Shown piece after piece: positions 33,969-43,100 of a stretch of DNA of 53,177 bases. Within the stretch, counting starts at the first letter, position 1, and each line of letters begins with the position of its first letter. Both the position numbers and the translations under genes were made by a program. The stretch covers positions 1 to 53,177 of the forward strand of contig JAJRYR010000040.1 in NCBI GenBank assembly GCA_024275655.1, in the 5' to 3' direction. Under the pieces are notes generated by a model. The model saw only the letters and a list, made by a program, of their open reading frames with translations. It had not been told where the DNA came from and did no database searches. This DNA is from an archaeon (GTDB taxonomy: Archaea > B1Sed10-29 > WALL01 > WAMD01).

Positions 33969-35840
33969 ATGGGTATCCCCTATCCTGTGATGAAGAAGGT
34001 GGCAAAGAAATTGGCAAAGATGAGGGAGAGTGAAGAATCAAAGGCCACCCTAGAGGAAATACTAGAAATGTCCGAGGACGAGCTGAAGGCCAGGTTAAAA
34101 CCACCACAGAGAACAGTGAAACCCATAAATCTCTCGGAGATAGAGCCAGAAAAACTGGAAAAGGCAGTTGTTACAGAGAAGGAAGAGGAAGGGATGGGTA
34201 AGATAAAGGTGGTAGATTTCACCAAGATGGGCGAAAGCCTAGTCACAGTCGCCAGAGTTTCAGAAGAAGCTGAAAAGGTAAAACACATACCATTCAAGGC
34301 ACACCAGATACCTAAACAGTATGTAAAGAAGATACCATCAAAATGGAGGCCTCCTAGGCTAGAGGAAGTTAATTTAAAGTATGAATTGATCCCACCTTTT
34401 GCGTATGCAAGGATCAGATGGGAAAAGGACGAGTCCGCACTCAGGTATTATGTGATTGAACCATATCTCACTGAAGATCAAAAAAAGATACTTGACAACT
34501 TGAAAGAGCTGTTGATAGATGCGCTGGACGTCAATGTGTTTGAGATAAAGAACCCTGAAAAGATACGGGGAATGTTGAAGAAGAAAGTAGATTCCATCAT
34601 AAATGAATACGGGATAAGTTTAACTAAAGAGGAGTACGACAAGATACTTTATTACATATTCAGGGACTTTCTAGGATTGGAAAATATAGAGCCGTTAATG
34701 CATGATCCGGCATTGGAAGACATTTCATGCGATGGCGTGAAAGTCCCCATATACGTTTACCACAGAAAGTACGCATCTTTAAAGACAAACATTGTGTTTG
34801 AAGATGAGGAATCCTTGAACAAGTTCGTTATTAGATTAGCCCAGAAATGCGGAAAACACATTTCCGTGGCAGAACCATTGCTGGATGCTGCACTACCAGA
34901 CGGGTCCAGAGTTCAGGCTACATTCTCCGCTCACAGGGATATCGCCATGAAGGGTTCAACGTTCACAATAAGAAAGTTCACAAAGGATCCACTAACCATA
35001 ATAGACCTGCTGAACTTCGGTACATTGCCTGCAATCATGGCAGCATATCTCTGGTTGGCAGTTGAGTATGGAAAATCCATTCTAGTAGCAGGAGGTACCG
35101 CAACTGGTAGAACCACCTTCCTAGGGGCACTAAGCATGTTCATACCTCCAGAAAAGAAGATAGTTTCAATAGAGGATACACCAGAAATTAGGTTACCACA
35201 CGAGCACTGGGTCCAGAAGGTTGTGAGAACAGGATTCGGTAGGGAGGACATAACTGGAAGGAAGATGGGAGAAGTAACCATGTATGACTTGCTGAGGGCA
35301 GCATTGAGAGAAAGACCAGATGAGATAATAGTGGGAGAGGTCAGAGGTACGGAGGCATACGTTCTATTCCAAGGTATGGCCACGGGCCACCCGGGTATGG
35401 CTACCATACACGCAGATTCAGTAGATGCCGTGCTTCACAGATTACAAACACCCCCAATAAACTTGCCAGTGGGTTTGCTCCAGCACCTAAATATCGTAAT
35501 AATCCTGACAAAGGCCAGGGTCAAGGGAGTTGAAGTTAGGAGAGTAAAAGAACTTGCAGAGGTTGTTGGATTAACGAAAGAATTCAGACCAATAGTCAAC
35601 GAATTAATGAAGTGGAACGCAGCTGACGACTCGTTTGAATTCGTGTCTGACAAGTCCTATGTTCTAGAAGATATAATAGAAGAAAAGGGAATTGATGAAG
35701 CAAGCATTTGGGCAGAAATACAGAGGAGAGCATCCATACTGGAATGGATGCAAAAGAACAACATAAGGCACTACCTTGAAGTTGGCAAGATAATACGAAC
35801 ATATTATACAAACCCAGAGGAGGTGCTCAAGAACATATGA
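33969..35840 (+). CDS. Type II/IV secretion-family ATPase (ArlI/EpdL/TadA-like) with Walker A Lys->Arg
   Basis: Walker A reads AGGTATGRTTFL (AGA at 35109-35111). Walker B RPDEIIVGEVRGTEAY. His box MATGHPGMATIHADS. Charged N-terminal extension of about 150 aa. Confidence 0.88.
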   Translation: MGIPYPVMKKVAKKLAKMRESEESKATLEEILEMSEDELKARLKPPQRTVKPINLSEIEPEKLEKAVVTEKEEEGMGKIKVVDFTKMGESLVTVARVSEEAEKVKHIPFKAHQIPKQYVKKIPSKWRPPRLEEVNLKYELIPPFAYARIRWEKDESALRYYVIEPYLTEDQKKILDNLKELLIDALDVNVFEIKNPEKIRGMLKKKVDSIINEYGISLTKEEYDKILYYIFRDFLGLENIEPLMHDPALEDISCDGVKVPIYVYHRKYASLKTNIVFEDEESLNKFVIRLAQKCGKHISVAEPLLDAALPDGSRVQATFSAHRDIAMKGSTFTIRKFTKDPLTIIDLLNFGTLPAIMAAYLWLAVEYGKSILVAGGTATGRTTFLGALSMFIPPEKKIVSIEDTPEIRLPHEHWVQKVVRTGFGREDITGRKMGEVTMYDLLRAALRERPDEIIVGEVRGTEAYVLFQGMATGHPGMATIHADSVDAVLHRLQTPPINLPVGLLQHLNIVIILTKARVKGVEVRRVKELAEVVGLTKEFRPIVNELMKWNAADDSFEFVSDKSYVLEDIIEEKGIDEASIWAEIQRRASILEWMQKNNIRHYLEVGKIIRTYYTNPEEVLKNI

Positions 35841-36715
35841 ACGTAATCCGTAGGTACACGCTGTTGGCCTATTCCCTGCTGAAAAAGCATGTCAGGAGAG
35901 TTCTCCCTCATTTTAAACATTTAAAGCCAGTGTTAGAGTCGGCGTATTTTACCATACCAATTGAGGAGTATCTGGCAGCCATGATTCTAACCGCAGCACT
36001 GGCCTTTCCTGGCGCATTTCTCCTAGGAGTCGTTATTGGCATTGCACTTGGTTACCAGTGGCTAGGTGTTCTCATAGTGAGCATACTCTTCGCCATATTG
36101 GTGGACGGGCTGATCATTGGTGTTTTCATGATGTATCCACAGTACAAGCTGAAATCCATAAGCAACAACATAGAAAAATTTCTACCTTACGCGGCTACCC
36201 ACATGGCAACTATAGCTGGAACAGGTGTTCCTCCCCAGGTCATATTCCAGATGATTGGGGGGTTTAAGGACTACGGGATGGTATCCTACATTTGTGAAAG
36301 GATCGCTAGAAATGTGACTGTCTTCGGTTATGATATAGTAACAGCAATATCAGAAGAAGCAAAGAGGGTTCCCTCATATAAATTTAAGGACATACTGTGG
36401 AGCATTGCCTCTACAATAAGATCGGGTGGTGATTTAAGAGGGGTGTTGTTAGAAAAATCAAAAGCGCTGATGGAGGACCAAAGAAGAACAGAAGCCAAAT
36501 ACATAGAATTCCTGTCCATGATGGCAGAAGTGTATGCTACTGTATTTGTTGCCGGGACAATTATAATATTTGTAATGGTAAGTATAATCGGTGTCATAGG
36601 TGGTCTTCCAATTCCAGTTAAGAGCATACTTCAACTGTTCACTTATCTAATGATACCACTCGCATCCATAGCGTTCATTGTTATGATAGACTCAACAAAA
36701 CCAACGGGTGTGTAA
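35837..36715 (+). CDS. Pilus platform membrane protein, half-size (single T2SSF domain; TadB/EpdJ-like)
   Basis: LPYAATHMATIAGTGVPPQVIFQMIGG plus flanking TM segments. ATGA overlap with the ATPase gene. Confidence 0.75.
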   Translation: MNVIRRYTLLAYSLLKKHVRRVLPHFKHLKPVLESAYFTIPIEEYLAAMILTAALAFPGAFLLGVVIGIALGYQWLGVLIVSILFAILVDGLIIGVFMMYPQYKLKSISNNIEKFLPYAATHMATIAGTGVPPQVIFQMIGGFKDYGMVSYICERIARNVTVFGYDIVTAISEEAKRVPSYKFKDILWSIASTIRSGGDLRGVLLEKSKALMEDQRRTEAKYIEFLSMMAEVYATVFVAGTIIIFVMVSIIGVIGGLPIPVKSILQLFTYLMIPLASIAFIVMIDSTKPTGV

Positions 36716-37918
36716 ATGGTAAAAAGAGAAATGAATGCGTATCTAAAGGTGAAGGAGATATACAGGAAGATCCCACTATTTTGGAAAAACATAATTCTCA
36801 TACTGGCCGTTGGAATACTAATAGGGTTAATTGCCATATCAATTGTCGGTTTGTACATTGGAGTGACTGTTCTATTCTTTGCTATATCGGTGCCTTTCGC
36901 GGTATACACGTATCAAGAACGTAAGAGGATTGATGACATTGAAAAACACTTGTCAGATTTCCTGCGTGACCTGGCAGAATACAACGTGTCTGGATTGCCC
37001 CTAGCTCAAGCAATAATGCAAACTGCAAAGAGTGACTATGGGGCTTTAACACCTGAAATAAAGAAACTTGCTGCGGAAATCTCTTGGGGGGTGCCCTTTG
37101 AAGAGGCACTGGAAAGACTGCAGAATAGGATAAATAGTCCATTCGTGAGAAAAGCTGTGACAATTATAACCACTGCAGAGGCTCAAGGTGGAGAAGTAAA
37201 TGCAATACTCCAGACACTTGCAGAAGACCTCAGAAAATTGAAACAAATTGAGGAAGAAAGAAAGGGAAAACTGTCAGTGTACACTGCCACCATATATGTC
37301 ATATTCCTATTACTGCTGGCGATAATGGTGATGCTGACTGCCACACTGGCTCCAGCAATCCCAAAAATACAAGTGGCTGGTCAGTTCTTCGGTGGTATGG
37401 GGGGTGGCTTAACTGAAAAGGATTTCCGAACTCTCCTATTTCACGTCTCGCTAATTGAAGCATTCTTTGCTGGATTGATATCAGGGCAAATGGGTGAGGG
37501 CAGCGTAACTGCTGGATTAAAACACTCCATAGTGCTGGTGGCAATAACATTGTTTGCCTTCTCATTCGTATCTCCTGCCCCACCAGCACAAAAGATAGCA
37601 GAATCCATAATTGAAATTCCACCGGTGGAAGGGATACAGGGTACCTCACTCACTTACGAAAGCACTTTCAAGGAGAGCTTCACAGTCACAGATGTTGCCG
37701 ATAGAGTTAGAGAGCTGGCAAAGGAAAGAAACTTGCAAACGTATAAGACATTTACCCCGGACAAGGTAAAATTCGTAGTGACCACATGTAACGCATGTAA
37801 TGAAGGTAAGATAAACATTGATGAAACAACCGTAACTGTAAATGAACCCACAGACATGAAGTACAGAGTTTACTTCTCCGGTGGAAAGTATATTGTTGAG
37901 TTTAGTGATGCAACATGA
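36716..37918 (+). CDS. Pilus platform membrane protein, half-size (T2SSF domain) with ~110-aa C-terminal soluble extension
   Basis: LSDFLRDLAEYNVSGLPLAQAIMQTAKSDYGALTPEIKKLAAEISWGVPFEEALERL, TM segments, then a non-hydrophobic tail ending ...GGKYIVEFSDAT. Confidence 0.75.
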   Translation: MVKREMNAYLKVKEIYRKIPLFWKNIILILAVGILIGLIAISIVGLYIGVTVLFFAISVPFAVYTYQERKRIDDIEKHLSDFLRDLAEYNVSGLPLAQAIMQTAKSDYGALTPEIKKLAAEISWGVPFEEALERLQNRINSPFVRKAVTIITTAEAQGGEVNAILQTLAEDLRKLKQIEEERKGKLSVYTATIYVIFLLLLAIMVMLTATLAPAIPKIQVAGQFFGGMGGGLTEKDFRTLLFHVSLIEAFFAGLISGQMGEGSVTAGLKHSIVLVAITLFAFSFVSPAPPAQKIAESIIEIPPVEGIQGTSLTYESTFKESFTVTDVADRVRELAKERNLQTYKTFTPDKVKFVVTTCNACNEGKINIDETTVTVNEPTDMKYRVYFSGGKYIVEFSDAT

Positions 37919-38337
37919 GGGGGGATGCAAACATAGATTTTATAATGTCCTTAATGATATTCCTGGGATTTATAACATTCGTACTGGTATCCCTAAACCA
38001 AATCGTCATAACCCAAACCCCAAAACAAGAGTTACTTGAGTATCAAGAGTATCTCGTTTCAGGTATGCTGTTGAAAAAATTGTCATACGACGGAAGACTG
38101 AACATACTAGACCAATCAGTTTTAGATTCCGTCGTAAATTGTGACCAACTGGACCTGGGGGTCACCACACACATCTACTATGAGGTTTCCACTAGATCAA
38201 AAACGTGGAAGTGCACCCCATCAGAAAATCCATCCACTGCAATGCCCTACATACAACGGCCAGTGTACGTTAAACTGAAAAACGGTAGGGAAACACCGGG
38301 GATATTGAAGGTGTGGGCATGGGGCGAGGTTACATAA
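37915..38337 (+). CDS. Pilin-like protein (MRG/DANIDFIMSLMIFLGFITFVLV)
   Basis: Three-residue leader ending in R-G, then a hydrophobic helix. ATGA overlap with the upstream gene. Confidence 0.6.
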   Translation: MRGDANIDFIMSLMIFLGFITFVLVSLNQIVITQTPKQELLEYQEYLVSGMLLKKLSYDGRLNILDQSVLDSVVNCDQLDLGVTTHIYYEVSTRSKTWKCTPSENPSTAMPYIQRPVYVKLKNGRETPGILKVWAWGEVT

Positions 38338-38699
38338 GGATTGTTGAGGCAATACTGTTGTTGTTGGTGTTGTTTTCACTAATAGTATTCATCGCAGGTC
38401 TTGGGCCCACAACACCCCCAAATCCCAGCAATCCCCCCACACTGGTACGGTATGGGAAGGACTTGACGAACATGGTCTGCAACTCCGAGAGAGCCAGGAG
38501 ACTAATTTTAACAGGGAACCTAGTCCCCATATATCAAGACCTTGTATACGTTACGCCACCCGAATACAAGATACGGTTGATATCCGATGGAGCTGTGGTT
38601 GGAGAAACACCGAGTTCAGGAAACTTGGTGTCCTATGGGTGCGTGATCTCTGACATGTTCGGAAATCAGAAGAATGTGACTGTTCAGGTGTGGGTATGA
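38319..38699 (+). CDS. Pilin-like protein (MGRG/YIRIVEAILLLLVLFSLIVF)
   Basis: The ATG at 38319 is preferred over the GTG at 38313. Class III signal-like N-terminus. Confidence 0.6.
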   Translation: MGRGYIRIVEAILLLLVLFSLIVFIAGLGPTTPPNPSNPPTLVRYGKDLTNMVCNSERARRLILTGNLVPIYQDLVYVTPPEYKIRLISDGAVVGETPSSGNLVSYGCVISDMFGNQKNVTVQVWV

Positions 38700-39919
38700 A
38701 AGGGCAGTACTTCCTACCAATGGTGCTACTGGCTTTATTTCTAGTCACCATGATATTCGTGTACTACTCATCAACAAACCAGGTGGCCATCTATCAAACA
38801 TACTCCTACAAGCCCACCCTAGGCGACAAGCTATCAAAAGTGGTGAGTGACATAAAGCAAGCATATGTGGAAAGCATATACCTGGGCAATCCATCTCATT
38901 TAGATGAAGTCATCACGCAATTAACATCTCAAGCTGCCCAAAGAGGCGAAACACTGCTGGTTTCATGTGCAAGGGGAGAAGCTGGGAACAACTTTTGGGT
39001 TGCGTGTTCTGTAAATTTGACCAGTGGGGAAGATCTCGCCAAGACAAAGTTCAACTACACATATGTTGTACCATTCAATATCAAGACATACCTCGACCCC
39101 TATTTCGCTCAAGAGACTAGTTACTTCTACAAAGGTGACAAGGTTTACCTTTGGATTTCCGGGAACAACTCAGACAAAGTGGCTGTTAAAGTTTACGATC
39201 CGTATGGTATAGTTTACACAAACTGGACTGGACAATTTGAAAACTGGCACTGGAACGCCAGCTTTACCCCAAGTATAAGCGGAAACTGGACGATATCCGC
39301 GGAGGATCTAAACACCAGTCAAGTAACTACTAAAAGAATATACGTAAACGTAATCCAGATTACGCTCAAAACCTTCAATTCAAATGGAACCGAACAGACG
39401 GATTTTTATCCGGGTGAAACTGTAAACGTGAGTGTGTGGTTGAAGGACCTGTACAATAACCAACCGAACTGCTCAGTGAAGGTGGACTTTACAAATGCTA
39501 TAGGAAAACAAGCATACAGTTTGGAAGGTCTAGCGGAAGACGGCTTCTTCACTGGACTAGTTAAACTAAGCCCCTGGGAAATTCCAGGGAACATGACCAT
39601 AACAGCAACAGAACACTGTTATTGGTCACAAGATCAAATAAACATAACCATATTGGGTACCTACTGGGATAGATTCGTAAAGATAGAACCACCAAGGATG
39701 TACTACAACAAACCACACACAGAAGTATTCGGTTCCACTTGTGGGTACAGCGATTGGTACAGTTCAAATGAAACCAGTTACAACATTGTTCCATTTTACA
39801 TTGAGAACACTTCCTCCAATACTAACCTCTTGATTAATCAAACAACCCTAGTGATAGATGTCCCGAATGTAAACGTGTCATGGATACATTTCCTAGGCAG
39901 CAAGAGGGTGATACTATGA
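38696..39919 (+). CDS. Large pilin-like protein with beta-rich, sequon-rich extracellular domain
   Basis: MKG/QYFLPMVLLALFLVTMIFVYY. ATGA overlap at 38696. At least 12 N-x-S/T sequons (NLT, NYT, NNS, NWT, NAS, NTS, NGT, NVS, NMT, NIT, NET, NQT). YPGETVNVSVWL is a CARDB/Ig-like block. Confidence 0.6.
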   Translation: MKGQYFLPMVLLALFLVTMIFVYYSSTNQVAIYQTYSYKPTLGDKLSKVVSDIKQAYVESIYLGNPSHLDEVITQLTSQAAQRGETLLVSCARGEAGNNFWVACSVNLTSGEDLAKTKFNYTYVVPFNIKTYLDPYFAQETSYFYKGDKVYLWISGNNSDKVAVKVYDPYGIVYTNWTGQFENWHWNASFTPSISGNWTISAEDLNTSQVTTKRIYVNVIQITLKTFNSNGTEQTDFYPGETVNVSVWLKDLYNNQPNCSVKVDFTNAIGKQAYSLEGLAEDGFFTGLVKLSPWEIPGNMTITATEHCYWSQDQINITILGTYWDRFVKIEPPRMYYNKPHTEVFGSTCGYSDWYSSNETSYNIVPFYIENTSSNTNLLINQTTLVIDVPNVNVSWIHFLGSKRVIL

Positions 39920-40161
39920 AAAAAGTGATCTTGATAACCATCGTTGGAGGATTAATCGCATTGATGGTATCTTTACTGATAGTGGTATCCATGGAAAAAA
40001 CAGCGAGCCCAGTCCCGGTGATTTACAACCACACGTTGGAACCTGAAAAGGAATCTGTTCCCGAGCCCGCACTGACGTTCAACGAAACTGCGCCACCCTC
40101 AAGCAAATTGAATCCCGATGAAGATGCGCCTCCAATGATAGCGGAGGTGCCATCAAAATGA
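39916..40161 (+). CDS. Small N-terminally anchored protein with Pro-rich tail (hypothetical)
   Basis: MKKVILITIVGGLIALMVSLLIVV then ...SPVPVIY..PEKESVPEPA..APPSS..DAPPMIAEVPSK. ATGA overlaps at both ends. Confidence 0.5.
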   Translation: MKKVILITIVGGLIALMVSLLIVVSMEKTASPVPVIYNHTLEPEKESVPEPALTFNETAPPSSKLNPDEDAPPMIAEVPSK

Positions 40162-43100
40162 GATGGAGTTTGTTATTCACTGTAATGTTGATCTCGCTAT
40201 CTGTGGCAGTAACAATCACAAATTCTGGAAGTTACGACACGATCAACGCCAAGCACTACAAGATAGATGCCGTGGTGGATCCAACTCTCTCCAACTTTGG
40301 ACAGTTGACAAACTGTTATGCAAACGACTACAACCCGACACAGGTATTGAGGTCTTCTGCAGACGGTCACTGCTTGTTCATGAGGGTGTACAAGGCCTCT
40401 CTTCCAGGATCTGGATGGTATGCATTAGAAACCGCGCTTGGAGGAGGATCCAGGTACATAGAAGAGGACGGTCCTTTCCGAGTAAAGCTGGTTTTCACGT
40501 ATGCGGACGGTGCCGTGAACATAACCTATTATTTTTACGATGATTTCTTCGTCCAAAGGTTCACATCCCAGGGATATTCCGGTAGCTACAATGATGGATT
40601 TGCAAATGCTTTTGCAGTGAATGATCTAACTAACACCGTTGGGCCAGACTCCTGGGGATTGAACTACGTGGAAGGTTCTTCAACCACATCTCCAATAGAT
40701 ACCAGCACCAACTCCGCAACCACGAGTTATGACACTTTTGCCTTGGGTGGCCAAACTGCATGGACCAGCTGGTATTCGAGTAGTCCATCTGGCCTACTAC
40801 TGGGGGCAGTATATCCGCCAATACCTGCTAGTGCTACAGACTATGCTAGCTACGCTTATGATAGAGAGGACACCACCACAACCTATGACCAGTTCAGTGC
40901 AGGGCACACCAACACAAATGGGTATGTATCCGTTGACTTCGTGTCTGGCATATTCCAGTACGGGGTGGGGAACTCTGCAGATTTGACCAGAGGGTTATTT
41001 TTGCATTACACGAATCCTGCCATTTTGACCTGTGTAGAGGATTGCGACTCTGCAGATTTTGATAGCATGGAATTCATATACTCCGTAATGCCCGCCCCTG
41101 GAACAAGGGTTAATGTAACAAAGTTCAGCGTTACTGGAAATGCAAACTGGATAAACAATCAAACTGTCTATGTGAAAGTTTGGAATGCTGTGGGATCCGA
41201 GGTTTACAAGTCCACCGATGGTGTAAACTGGACATTATATCTAAACTCCTCACAGGTGCAACAAGAGGACAATTACATAATATTCGGCGATGAAATTGCA
41301 CCGGGACAAACTGTTTATTACTTAATACGAAAATCTAGGGGAACAGGTGTAACTGTTCCCAAAGAGGTTATTCCCTCGATGGATCCTCGCCCCTTTTTGG
41401 ACTCTGGCGATACCGCGTATCCAAAAGCCATTGTAATAGCAAGTGATGGATCAATCGTGGACGATGCGACTGTTAAAGCACTAATAACCGGTCCAACTTC
41501 GGCAAGTTTGGAGTTGATGTTCAATAACGACACTCTCGCATACAATGGAACGCTGGGAACCACAGGATATCCCGCAGGAGTGTACACTGAGACAGTTTAC
41601 GCAAACAAGACAATTCCCAGAGACACGAATATCACGGAGTGTAGCTCCTACTGGGGGTTTGACTGTGGGTATGGTCCTCCGGAAACAGGGGATAACACCT
41701 TTGACACGTGCCCCACAGGAACTGGAAACGACGAATCTGTTGAGGGTATTTGGATAAACGCAACTAGAGTTTATCCTGGGGATACAGTGGAGGTCACATG
41801 CGAATTTGACACATACGATACTCTTTATGATCAAGAGTACATATGGTACTACAACGGAACTGGATGGAGAAAACTCTGGGAAGGAGATGTTGGGGCAAAC
41901 GTAGTTGCAAACAAAACAGTAACATTCACGGTGGACAATGTAACAGGAACTCACTGGGTAAGGTGTTCCATAAGCTATTCCCCGCTAGACCAACCGTGTC
42001 AGGACTCTGGATCATGGTACGATAACGATGACCTGGCTTTTGAGGTAGTGCAGCCAAACGTGAACATTTCCAATCACACCCACTTCCACATATATCCAGG
42101 CGAGGGTGTTTCTGTGTACTCCATCCCATTTGGAGACAGTGAAAACAAAACATTCCTAGAAAACACACATATTGTGGCGGCACTGGACAGTAGAAAACTA
42201 GTGTACTACGTGTTCCAAAAGGACACAGGGGTGGAGTACACCTTCAAGAATCCAGAATACCTGCACTCCCTTGGGGGGCTGGGAATCTCAAGTGAAGGGG
42301 GTTTGGAAGGCGGATCCACCTTCTCATGGGATGCCGGTGAAAACTTAACTAGTGGAACAGTGATTGCAAATACAAGTGTTGTAGAACCACTGGGCAAAAA
42401 AGTTTGTTTTGTGTGCTACACTGCTGGATCACCAAGCGCCACATATGAATTGCCATACATACAAGCACTGGAGGCTCTGGGCTACACTGTGGAATACAAC
42501 ACTCCCACATGTAACTATGATTATACTGATATACAATATGGAACTGCAGACTTTAGTGGTTATGATTTTTGGGCCCACAGCTGGATCTATGTAAACAGTC
42601 CTGGAACTCTGGCAAATGCAAAAACCAAGTACGTAGATGAGCTGGGCCAGAACGAGTTGATACTCGGACCGGACGCCACGTATTTAGCAGATTTTGGATA
42701 CGCAAACGTAAACGAGAGAAGATACTATCCTTCAGCGATTGCACAAATAAAAACAAACGACGGGTTCTTACCAGAAGAGGATTATGATATCGGAGAAACT
42801 GTCAAGCTAACGAACGATCCATCAAGCAGGTACCAGTATGTAACTAGAGAAGGCAATCTGATCCCAGAGGTAACTCCAGTATTAACAGCTGGTGGTTCAA
42901 CGGACTTCGCAACCTCTGGTTACTACATAAACCAAACTAGTGGGGGGAAGATGATCTACTTTGGAATTGCAGAAGATGCTGTGCAGCAGTTAACAAACTA
43001 CTCCGACAATGAGGATAACGGGCTGGAAGTTCTAGATCACTTCGCAAAATGGGTGGGGGGATCTAGGGTTTACATTCTAGCCAACATAACTTTGAGAGAT

